From NCBI GenBank assembly GCA_946407895.1, contig CAMJQA010000002.1, positions 41,878-105,877 on the forward strand: a DNA stretch of 64,000 nt, read 5' to 3'. This document shows, piece after piece, positions 8,828-17,304 of this stretch. Position numbers and translations under genes: made by a program. Under the pieces are notes generated by a model. That model was not told where the DNA came from and searched no databases. It saw only the letters and a list, made by a program, of their open reading frames with translations. Position 1 is the stretch's first letter. Each line of letters begins with the position of its first letter. The stretch is from an uncultured Prevotellaceae bacterium (GTDB taxonomy: Bacteria > Bacteroidota > Bacteroidia > Bacteroidales > Bacteroidaceae).

Positions 8828-9673
8828 TCAATCCTCGCTCTCGCTCTCACTCTCGTCCCCCTTGCCAATGCTCCATATTTTGTCGTAGAAACTGGGATAG
8901 GCCGTACCGTAGTTCTCGGCTTTCTGAGGTGGCAGATAGGGTTTGCCCTGTGAACGAATAAATTCTCTAAACTCCGGGCAAGGACGCATCAGTGCGACGC
9001 CATCGGCAAACTTCATGCCCAGTTGGTTGAGTGCTTGCATGTTATCAGCCAGAGGAATACCCTGAATGGCACTGACAGTTGCATTGCGGAACTGAAGTAT
9101 GCCAGCGAAATTCTGGGGTAGGGGGGCCTTCATTGTGTTGTCCGATGGTGTGTAAACAACTCGACAGTCGCGGAAGGAGGGTTCATCGGCATAAGCCGTC
9201 TTTATGTAAAGGGGAATAAAGCTGCTCATCCAGCCCTGGCAATGTATCACCTCGGGTGTCCAACGCAGTTTCTTGACTGTCTCCAAAACGCCTCGCGCAT
9301 AGAACACAGCCCGTTCAGCATTATCGGCATATTCCTCGCCCACATCGTTACGAGCCATCTTACGCTTGCTGAAATAGTCATCATTATCGATAAAATAAAC
9401 CTGCATGTGCGTACTGGCAATGCTGGCAACCTTGATTATCAGCGGATGATCAGTCTCGTCAATAATCAAGTTCATTCCACTAAGTCTAATTACCTCATGG
9501 AGCTGATTCCTACGTTCGTTGATAATGCCCCACTTAGGCATGAAGGTTCTGATTTCCCTATTTTTGCCTTGTGTGGCTTCAGCTACTTCCCTGCCCAGTT
9601 TTGACAACGGGGAGTCGGGCACATAGGTGGTCATCTCCTGGGTTATGAACAAGATTTTTTTAGCCTTAATCAT
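8828..9673 (-). CDS. glycogen/starch synthase-like protein (GT5 N-terminal domain only, about 281 aa)
   Basis: ATG 9673 gives MIKAKKILFITQEMTTYVP. The GT5-like region is VIHCQGWMSSFIPLY. It is divergent from panC, as in other Bacteroidetes. Confidence 0.75.
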   Translation of the reverse strand: MIKAKKILFITQEMTTYVPDSPLSKLGREVAEATQGKNREIRTFMPKWGIINERRNQLHEVIRLSGMNLIIDETDHPLIIKVASIASTHMQVYFIDNDDYFSKRKMARNDVGEEYADNAERAVFYARGVLETVKKLRWTPEVIHCQGWMSSFIPLYIKTAYADEPSFRDCRVVYTPSDNTMKAPLPQNFAGILQFRNATVSAIQGIPLADNMQALNQLGMKFADGVALMRPCPEFREFIRSQGKPYLPPQKAENYGTAYPSFYDKIWSIGKGDESESESED

Positions 9674-9845
9674 GTTGATACACATTTTGTCCACGGCAAA
9701 GATATGAAAAATAAACGATATTTCAGTTATTCGAAACCTTAAAAGAATGTAAATTTGTGTGTATTGCGCATTTATTTTGCGAAAATGTTTCATTGTTTGC
9801 AGAAATTTGTGTTACTTTGCACGGTTTTTTGAAGTCATAGTGTCA

Positions 9846-10688
9846 ATGATTATTGTTCATAAAATATCCGAATTGCAGAATATACTGCAAGATGCTCGCA
9901 AGAAGGGCGAAAGCATTGGTCTGGTTCCAACAATGGGAGCTTTGCATAAGGGACACGCCTCGTTGGTAAGACGTAGTGTCGAAGAAAACAACGTTACTGT
10001 AGTGAGTATATTCCTAAATCCCACACAGTTCAATGATAAGAGTGACCTTGAGAAATATCCACGCACACTTGATGCCGACTGCAGGCTGCTGGAAGAGTGT
10101 GGCGCACAGCTGGCCTTTGCGCCCAGTGTGGAGGAAATCTATCCCGAACCAGATAAGCGACAGTTTAGTTATCCTCCGACAGATACGGTAATGGAAGGTG
10201 CTTTCCGTCCGGGACATTTCAATGGTGTTTGCCAGATTGTAAGCAAACTCTTTGACTATGTTAAGCCAGACCGTGCATATTTCGGAGAGAAGGATTACCA
10301 GCAGATTGCCGTTATTCGCCGTATGGTTGATGACTTGGGTTTCGACCTGGAAATTGTGCCATGCCCTGTTGTTCGTGAAGAGAGCGGACTTGCAATGAGC
10401 AGCCGTAACACCCTGTTAACGGAAGAAGAACGAAAACTGGCTGCTAATATCTATCGCGTCATTAAGGACAGCAGGTCGTTGAATGCTTCTGTAGTGGATA
10501 CACACGACTATGTAGTGCGCACACTTGATGCCATACCCGGACTGAAAGTACAATACTACAGTATCGTTGACGGAGATACCCTAGCTGATGTGGAATCATG
10601 GGATGATGCAGAAAGTATTGTTGGCTGCATCACCGTCTTCTGCGGGCAAATACCCATTAGGCTGATTGACCATATCAGGTATAAGTAA
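9846..10688 (+). CDS. panC: pantoate--beta-alanine ligase
   Basis: Motifs are PTMGALHKGH, FGEKDYQQ and MSSRN. The internal ATG 9846 (MIIVHKISEL) fits homolog length. Confidence 0.9.
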   Translation: MIIVHKISELQNILQDARKKGESIGLVPTMGALHKGHASLVRRSVEENNVTVVSIFLNPTQFNDKSDLEKYPRTLDADCRLLEECGAQLAFAPSVEEIYPEPDKRQFSYPPTDTVMEGAFRPGHFNGVCQIVSKLFDYVKPDRAYFGEKDYQQIAVIRRMVDDLGFDLEIVPCPVVREESGLAMSSRNTLLTEEERKLAANIYRVIKDSRSLNASVVDTHDYVVRTLDAIPGLKVQYYSIVDGDTLADVESWDDAESIVGCITVFCGQIPIRLIDHIRYK

Positions 10689-10744
10689 AAAAAGAGTGAG
10701 AAAAATACACATCTAATATAACTATAAAGTTTTTTTTGAAGAAA

Positions 10745-11128
10745 ATGATGATTGAGGTTTTGAAGTCCAAACTGCACTGCGTGTCGGTAACCGAAGCCAA
10801 TTTGAACTACATGGGCAGCATTACTATCGACGAAGACTTGATGGATGCAGCAGGATTGATTGCCGGTGAGAAGGTTCAGGTGGTTGACAACAATAACGGT
10901 GAGAGGTTTGAAACGTATGTCATTCGTGGTGAGCGTGGATCAGGTTGTATTTGTCTTAATGGCGCTGCTGCCCGCAAAGCTCTTGTGGGCGACGTGGTCA
11001 TCATCATTTCTTATGCACTTATGGACTTTGATGAAGCGCGAACATTTAGCCCACGCATCGTTATTCCAAAAGACAACAAATTAAAAGGGGCCCAGTTCAT
11101 AAACTATGAACAGAACCCCCTGAAATGA
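10745..11128 (+). CDS. panD: aspartate 1-decarboxylase
   Basis: [29 protein letters not shown] contains the Gly-Ser self-cleavage site. The ORF opens with TTG at 10736 and the first ATG is at 10745. Confidence 0.9.
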   Translation: MMIEVLKSKLHCVSVTEANLNYMGSITIDEDLMDAAGLIAGEKVQVVDNNNGERFETYVIRGERGSGCICLNGAAARKALVGDVVIIISYALMDFDEARTFSPRIVIPKDNKLKGAQFINYEQNPLK

Positions 11129-11168
11129 TGTATTAAAGGCTTGCTTCTGTTTTAACTAGCGAGTGTAA

Positions 11169-12059
11169 TCAGTCTAATACGTTGATTTGGTAACCTTGTT
11201 TCCACGTTCCTTGCGGTGTAACATTGTTAACGAAGGGACGAAGGTTGAAGGGCGTGGAGGATTCGTAAGAATCGCAGCAGCCCCACCAGGGTTCAACACA
11301 AATAAAGGGACAACACCCATCTTGTGGTGACCACAAGGCCAATACGGGAACTTCATTCATGATAATTTCCTGCAATTGACGACCAGTCTTGTCGAGCAAA
11401 ACAACTTGTTGTGCCATACCACGCAAATCGAGTATCGTATCGCAGCGGAATGTATCGTTCATGAGGCTGAGTCTATGTTCATGGTCAAGGGGGAAAAGTT
11501 CTGCCTTTTGAGGCATCACAAAACCACGGGGCAAAGTTGGTGAGCTAACTAAACAATCCACTTGGGGTATCTGCAAATAGCCATGAATAGAGTCGGTGGC
11601 ATCAAAGTCGGGAAGCATGAATGCAGGATGGCCTCCTATCATGAAAGGCATATCAAGCTCAGACTCATGATTCTCTACGACCCAACTAACCTGAAGGCTT
11701 CTGTCATTGAGCTGATAAATGGCGTGCAAGCTAAAATGATATGGGAATGACTGAAGAGTTTGCTCATCGGCCTGTACACTAAAAACAAGTGTGTCTTCTG
11801 TTTGGCTCGTAAGAGTAAAATCCATGTGCTTTACAAGTCCGTGCTTAGGTAGCGCGTAGCTTTGATTGTCAATCGTAATGTGCCCATTCCAATTGCCTCC
11901 AACACATGGAAAAAGGATTGGTGAATGCTCGTCCCAATACTGAGGGTCGGCATTCCAAATGACTTGACGGCCTGTATGAATATTCTGCAGGCTAACAACT
12001 TCGGCGCCATGACTATCAATACACAACGCAAGGTGTTGATTGCGAATCTTGAAATACAT
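11169..12059 (-). CDS. aldose 1-epimerase family protein
   Basis: 296 aa with a mutarotase-like pattern (PILFPCVGG, GGHPAF, LWSP). Recognised by eye only. Confidence 0.65.
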   Translation of the reverse strand: MYFKIRNQHLALCIDSHGAEVVSLQNIHTGRQVIWNADPQYWDEHSPILFPCVGGNWNGHITIDNQSYALPKHGLVKHMDFTLTSQTEDTLVFSVQADEQTLQSFPYHFSLHAIYQLNDRSLQVSWVVENHESELDMPFMIGGHPAFMLPDFDATDSIHGYLQIPQVDCLVSSPTLPRGFVMPQKAELFPLDHEHRLSLMNDTFRCDTILDLRGMAQQVVLLDKTGRQLQEIIMNEVPVLALWSPQDGCCPFICVEPWWGCCDSYESSTPFNLRPFVNNVTPQGTWKQGYQINVLD

Positions 12060-12102
12060 TTTTTAAGATATGTTGATCATGATGAATTATTTTACCGTAG
12101 AA

Positions 12103-13779
12103 TCAGACCTCGGTATTCATGTAAAGGAAGCGGCGAATGCTCTTCTTGGGCGTTTTCTCAAACTCGCTGTCCATTATTTTAATACCAGCTAACTGTGCAT
12201 AACTGGGAAGGTTGGGGTTTAAGTCTTTGCGGTTCTGCTCCATGATAGCAGCTACGTCATCAGGCTGCAAGCGTAGCTGTTTTACTTGCTCGGGGTCTGG
12301 ATAAACCAGACCATAGAGTTTCTCGTTACGCTGGATGACCACGCATTCAGAGACGAGTGCCATGCCTCCCAGTTTGTCCTCGATTTCCTCGGGGTAGATG
12401 TTCTGCCCGTTAGCACCAAGAAGCATGTTCTTGCTTCGTCCCTTGATGAAGACGTTACCCTGTGCGTCCATAACACCCAGGTCACCCGTATGATACCAGC
12501 CGTCGGCATCTATGGTGGTACGGGTGGCTTCTTCGTTTTTATAATAACCCAGCATGACATTCAGACCGCGGGTCAGTATCTCGCCAGGTACCCGAGCAGG
12601 GTCGGGACTGTCTATCTTTAATTCCATGTGAACTACACACTTACCACAGCTACCCACGACTACGTCTTTCCAGTCGTTATAACAGATGATGGGCGCGCAC
12701 TCGGTAGTGCCATAGCCCACGGTGTAACGGAACCCTATCTCGTGTAACAGATTCTCCACCTCCTGGTTCAGTGCAGCACCGCCAATGATGAGTTCGTAGA
12801 AATTGCCACCCAAGGCATTGGTAAGGGCACCGCATATCTTCTGCTTGATACGCTGTCCAACGACGGGCATCCTCATCAGCATGCGGATCTTGGGGTCCTG
12901 AATACGAGGCATAACGGATTTGCGTACAATCTTCTCGATGATAAGAGGTACCACAACAATCAGGCAAGGTTTTACGTCGGCCAGGGCTTTAATAAGAATC
13001 GTCGGCGAGGCTATCTTCGTAAGGAAGTTGACGTGTACACCATTCATGAACTCCACAATGAACTCGAAGGCCATTCCATACATGTGAGCCATTGGGAGCA
13101 TGGAGAGGACGTTCTGCCCAGCCTTAAGTTCACAACCAACCACTTTGTTTCCGAAATCGAGATTCGACCACAGGGCACGATAGGGGAGCATAACGCCCTT
13201 GCTGTTACTGGTCGTGCCGCTGGTATAGTTGATAAGCGCTAGTTCTTCGGGCTTGTCTTCATAGTAATTGATATGCTCAGGCCTGAAATTCAGCGGGTAT
13301 TTCTCGCCAAAAAGGCGATTCAGATTCTCGCGGGCGTAGGTGAGACGTTCGTTGCGACTAACCTCCAGTTTGTGATCCGTTAGAGAGATTATGCCCTCAA
13401 GATTTGGCATCTTGTCAGCATCAAGTTTCTTCCACACGCCATCGCCAACAAAAAGAAGGCGGGCATCGCTATGGTTTACGATGTCGTGGATTTGTTCGGG
13501 GTGGAATTCGTGTAGAATAGGCACGGCCACGGCTCCATATGTCAGTACGCTGAAGAAAGCTGCCCCCCAGCGGCACTGGTTCTTACCGCATATGGCTATT
13601 TTGTCGCCAGGAACGATTCCGCTTTCTTCGAAGAGGATATGCATCTTCTCGATGATTCTCGCTACATCCCGATATTGGAGCGTGATTACACCATAATCTG
13701 ACAGGCAATCCAGATTCCAATACTCCTTGATACTACGCTCTATTTCTTTGTTGAATGATTTTACTTTCGAACAGTCCAT
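12103..13779 (-). CDS. AMP-dependent synthetase/ligase (long-chain fatty-acid--CoA ligase-like)
   Basis: AMP-binding motifs are YTSGTTSNSKGV, GYGTTE and TGDLG. The ORF opens with GTG at 13785 and the first ATG is at 13779. Confidence 0.85.
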   Translation of the reverse strand: MDCSKVKSFNKEIERSIKEYWNLDCLSDYGVITLQYRDVARIIEKMHILFEESGIVPGDKIAICGKNQCRWGAAFFSVLTYGAVAVPILHEFHPEQIHDIVNHSDARLLFVGDGVWKKLDADKMPNLEGIISLTDHKLEVSRNERLTYARENLNRLFGEKYPLNFRPEHINYYEDKPEELALINYTSGTTSNSKGVMLPYRALWSNLDFGNKVVGCELKAGQNVLSMLPMAHMYGMAFEFIVEFMNGVHVNFLTKIASPTILIKALADVKPCLIVVVPLIIEKIVRKSVMPRIQDPKIRMLMRMPVVGQRIKQKICGALTNALGGNFYELIIGGAALNQEVENLLHEIGFRYTVGYGTTECAPIICYNDWKDVVVGSCGKCVVHMELKIDSPDPARVPGEILTRGLNVMLGYYKNEEATRTTIDADGWYHTGDLGVMDAQGNVFIKGRSKNMLLGANGQNIYPEEIEDKLGGMALVSECVVIQRNEKLYGLVYPDPEQVKQLRLQPDDVAAIMEQNRKDLNPNLPSYAQLAGIKIMDSEFEKTPKKSIRRFLYMNTEV

Positions 13780-13892
13780 TTGCACATTTCTTTAAATTTT
13801 GTGCAAAATTATAAATAAAGACAAAGATACGCAAGAATTTTGGCTTCAAAAGTGCACATTTTATTCCAAAATGAGAAATTTTAGGCAAATTA

Positions 13893-14561
13893 TTACACTC
13901 TTTGACCAAAAATGAGACTTCCTACACGTACTAAGGTGCTTCCGTGGCGGATTGCGATATGATAGTCATTGCTCATGCCCCAGGAACATTCACAGAAACT
14001 ATCATCGTGGCTAAAATACTGGACCTTCAATGTCTGGAAAACCTGTCGGGCCTGGTCAAACTCGTAGGCTATCTGAGCTTCATCGTCCACATTGCTGGCC
14101 ATACACATTACGCCTGAGAGCAGTATACCAGCCATACTCCGCCATTCGCCCTGAGCCATGAAGTCAAGGCATTCTTGGGGCGTGAAGCCGAACTTGGTTT
14201 CTTCCTGAGCAACGTGCAGCTGTAGCAGACAGGGAATCTTTCTGTCATATTTCAGAGCCTGCTTGCTTATCTCAGCCAGAAGATGAGGACTGTCGGCCGA
14301 GTGAATCATTGATATATAGGGTGCGATGTACTTCACCTTATTTGTTTGGAGATGACCGATAAAGTGCCACTTGATGTCCTCGGGCAACTGGTGACGTTTC
14401 TCCTGCAACTCCTGCACATGGCTCTCGCCAAAGATACGCTGACCGGCCTCGTAGGCCTCCTGAATCATGCTGGCAGGGTGGAACTTACTGACGGCAACCA
14501 GCCGGGTACCTTGGGGAAGGGAATCCCGTATGAGGTCCAGCCGGCTTTGAATGCTACTCAT
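13893..14561 (-). CDS. yggS: YggS family pyridoxal-phosphate homeostasis protein
   Basis: VAVSKFHP carries the PLP lysine. ATG 14561 (MSSIQSRLDLIRDSLP) matches homolog N-termini better than ATG 14585. Either start overlaps the upstream stop. Confidence 0.8.
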   Translation of the reverse strand: MSSIQSRLDLIRDSLPQGTRLVAVSKFHPASMIQEAYEAGQRIFGESHVQELQEKRHQLPEDIKWHFIGHLQTNKVKYIAPYISMIHSADSPHLLAEISKQALKYDRKIPCLLQLHVAQEETKFGFTPQECLDFMAQGEWRSMAGILLSGVMCMASNVDDEAQIAYEFDQARQVFQTLKVQYFSHDDSFCECSWGMSNDYHIAIRHGSTLVRVGSLIFGQRV

Positions 14562-15000
14562 CCTTTGGTACGTATCTATAGACATCCATTATTTTCGTCT
14601 CGGCAATGCTGGATATGACATAGTCGCCCAGTGTGCCGGCCATATTCTTCTCCAGGTTATTCAAGGCATCCTTGAATTCGGCAGCCTGTACCATCATGGT
14701 CTGCACAGTACGTTTCTCCTTCTCGGTCTTCTCGTCGATGGTGATAAAGGCTACCTTTGCCTTGAACCATCGGTCGGCCTGCAGGTCTTCGCTCTCGAAG
14801 AGCTCGCTTATCTTTGCCCGCTTGATGTCGGTGACCACGAACTCGCCGCTCATGAAAGGCTCTATTTCTTCCAGGAAACGCTTTTCAGCCTCAGTGAAAC
14901 TGAGTGCATCTACCAAGTAAGTCTCGTTTACTTTCTTTATGAGTCCGTCCTCCGACACTTTGTCGTAGCGGACTTTGCATTCAAACCATTCTGTTACCAT
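14554..15000 (-). CDS. DUF4494-like protein
   Basis: 148 aa, MVTEWFECKVRYDKVSEDGL. It is tightly packed between ygiQ and yggS. Confidence 0.65.
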   Translation of the reverse strand: MVTEWFECKVRYDKVSEDGLIKKVNETYLVDALSFTEAEKRFLEEIEPFMSGEFVVTDIKRAKISELFESEDLQADRWFKAKVAFITIDEKTEKEKRTVQTMMVQAAEFKDALNNLEKNMAGTLGDYVISSIAETKIMDVYRYVPKDE

Positions 15001-15019
15001 AGTTCTATTGTATTTGTAG

Positions 15020-16942
15020 TTATTTATTTGTCTTGTTGTTTTTCGTCTTGCTGAATAATATATTAATAAGGTGTTGGCAGCCGATTTGCCGCAGTCTGGT
15101 TTCTATCTGGTGCCGCAGTTCGGGCTTATACCAGAAAAAGTACATGCGCTGGGCTTGCTTCTCAGCTGGCGATTTTGCCGAAAAGACGGGCTGCATGGTG
15201 TATGGATGATAGCCAGTAGCCCAGCATGTGGTAGCTACGGTCATCGGTGTTGGCGTGAAGTCTTGAACCTGTTCCAGTTGAAAGTTCATTTGCTTTGTCT
15301 CAACGGCCAGTTGGGCCATGTCCTTTTCGTGGCATCCGGGATGGCTGCTGATGAAATAGGGAATAATCTGCTGGTGCAGGCCGTGGCGGCGGCAGATGTC
15401 ATCGAAAATGGCCTTGAACTGCCCGAAAAGACGGAACGGTGGTTTCCTCATCAGTTGCAAAACCTCGTCGCTTGTATGCTCGGGGGCGACCTTGAGCCGT
15501 CCGCTTACGTGGTGCAGGATCAACTGGCGGGTATATTCGTAGGCTGCATCGTTGAGTGCCTTGTCCTTATAGTCGTGCAGCAGAAGGTCGTAGCGGATAC
15601 CACTGCCAATAAAACTCTTCTTGATACCCGGAATCTTGTCTACAGCCTGATAGATATTCAACAGCGGGCGGTGGTCTGCGTTCAAGTTGGGGCAGACTGC
15701 TGGGTGGATGCATGAGGGGCGCTTGCAGACCTCGCAGGCCTTTAGCTGGCGTCCACGCATCATGTACATGTTCGCACTAGGGCCACCCAAGTCACTGAGG
15801 TAACCTTTGAAGTCAGGCATCTGGGTAATCTGCTTAACTTCTCGGAGAATGCTTTCCTTGCTTCGGCTGGAGATAAACTTTCCTTGGTGTGCACTGATGG
15901 TACAAAAAGCGCATCCGCCAAAACACCCACGGTGGAGGCAGACGCTGAACTTAATCATCTCGTAGGCCGGAATGCGCTTGCCATGATACTTGGGGTGGGG
16001 TAGACGGGTATAAGGCAAGTCGAAACTGTGGTCCAGTTCTTCCTGTGTCATTGGCTGGAAAGGGGGATTCACTACCACCCACTTATCGTAATTCTTTTGC
16101 AGTAGGCGCTGGGCGTGCATCTTGTTGCTCTCTTCTTCTATATGCCGGAAATTCTCGGCATGTTTCTTCGGGCAATGCAAACATTCCTCATAGCTATGAA
16201 GAATAATGTCGTCGGGCCTAAAGCCTCCGGGTATCTCTCCCTCACTATATAATGAAACTGTCTGAGGTACTTCGTTTTGCTGTTGGACCACCTTGCGAAA
16301 AGTTTTTGTAGTCACAAACGCCTCACCCTTTTCATTATAAAATAGCGTCTCGTCAGAGTTGTCAAGGGCATTCTGAAGGAGGTGGCAGATACTTATTGTG
16401 GGTTTTTCTCCCATACCATATGTTATCATATGGGCTCCGCTGTCAATAAGTATGCTGGGCATAAATCGTTCCTTCCAGTAGTCATAATGCATCAGTCGTC
16501 TCAAACTGGCTTCAATGCCACCCAATACGATGGGAACATCAGGAAACAACTCCCTTAGAATCTTGGAATAAACAATCGTTGGATACTCGGGGCGAAGGTC
16601 GTGTCGTCCGTCTGGACTATAGGCGTCTTCACTGCGCAGTCGCCGGGCTGCAGTATATTTATTCACCATAGAATCCATGCAGCCCGGGGCAATGCCAAAC
16701 CACATGCGAGGGCGTCCAAGCTTCTTGAAGTCGCGATGGTCACCGTGCCAGTCTGGTTGTGGCACGATACAGACTCTCAGTCCCTCATCCTCCAATATGC
16801 GGCCGATGACGGCTGCACCGAAGCTTGGGTGATCTACATAAGCATCTGCGCTGAATAGTATGACATCAGCATAATCCCATCCCCGTAAATCCATTTCCTT
16901 TCGGGTTGTGGGCAACCATTCAGACAGATTCCTTTTCTCCAT
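15020..16942 (-). CDS. ygiQ: YgiQ family radical SAM protein (UPF0313)
   Basis: 640 aa. The radical SAM cluster is CFGGCAFC (CxxxCxxC). The N-terminal and C-terminal extensions are typical of YgiQ. Confidence 0.85.
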   Translation of the reverse strand: MEKRNLSEWLPTTRKEMDLRGWDYADVILFSADAYVDHPSFGAAVIGRILEDEGLRVCIVPQPDWHGDHRDFKKLGRPRMWFGIAPGCMDSMVNKYTAARRLRSEDAYSPDGRHDLRPEYPTIVYSKILRELFPDVPIVLGGIEASLRRLMHYDYWKERFMPSILIDSGAHMITYGMGEKPTISICHLLQNALDNSDETLFYNEKGEAFVTTKTFRKVVQQQNEVPQTVSLYSEGEIPGGFRPDDIILHSYEECLHCPKKHAENFRHIEEESNKMHAQRLLQKNYDKWVVVNPPFQPMTQEELDHSFDLPYTRLPHPKYHGKRIPAYEMIKFSVCLHRGCFGGCAFCTISAHQGKFISSRSKESILREVKQITQMPDFKGYLSDLGGPSANMYMMRGRQLKACEVCKRPSCIHPAVCPNLNADHRPLLNIYQAVDKIPGIKKSFIGSGIRYDLLLHDYKDKALNDAAYEYTRQLILHHVSGRLKVAPEHTSDEVLQLMRKPPFRLFGQFKAIFDDICRRHGLHQQIIPYFISSHPGCHEKDMAQLAVETKQMNFQLEQVQDFTPTPMTVATTCWATGYHPYTMQPVFSAKSPAEKQAQRMYFFWYKPELRHQIETRLRQIGCQHLINILFSKTKNNKTNK

Positions 16943-16966
16943 TCAGAAACTCCTCTCTGCCTATTG

Positions 16967-17281
16967 TTAGACGTCCTCTTCTGTTAATTTACCTTTTTCC
17001 CAATCAATATAGAGTAGTATGAGCTGGTGCAAACCGAAGGCTTTCATGTTGTTGTGGAACAAGACTTCCTGACAGAATTTTAGCAATTCTGTATCGTTAT
17101 TGCAATTATCTAAGAGTGACCTAACATTCAGTCTGAGTTTCTCCAGTACATTGTCATCAACAAAGCCATTGCTGTCAAGGAGTTCACTGAAAAGAGCATA
17201 TTTCTCGATTGTCCGCAGATGGCTAACCTCAATAGTCATCGTACGTGATCCTTTCATATTGCATAAAATCTGATGTGCCAT
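16967..17281 (-). CDS. hypothetical protein (104 aa)
   Basis: The ORF fits 23-24-bp gaps to both same-strand neighbours. No motif was recognised. Confidence 0.5.
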   Translation of the reverse strand: MAHQILCNMKGSRTMTIEVSHLRTIEKYALFSELLDSNGFVDDNVLEKLRLNVRSLLDNCNNDTELLKFCQEVLFHNNMKAFGLHQLILLYIDWEKGKLTEEDV

Positions 17282-17304
17282 ATATTTACAATTTGTTTAT
17301 TAAT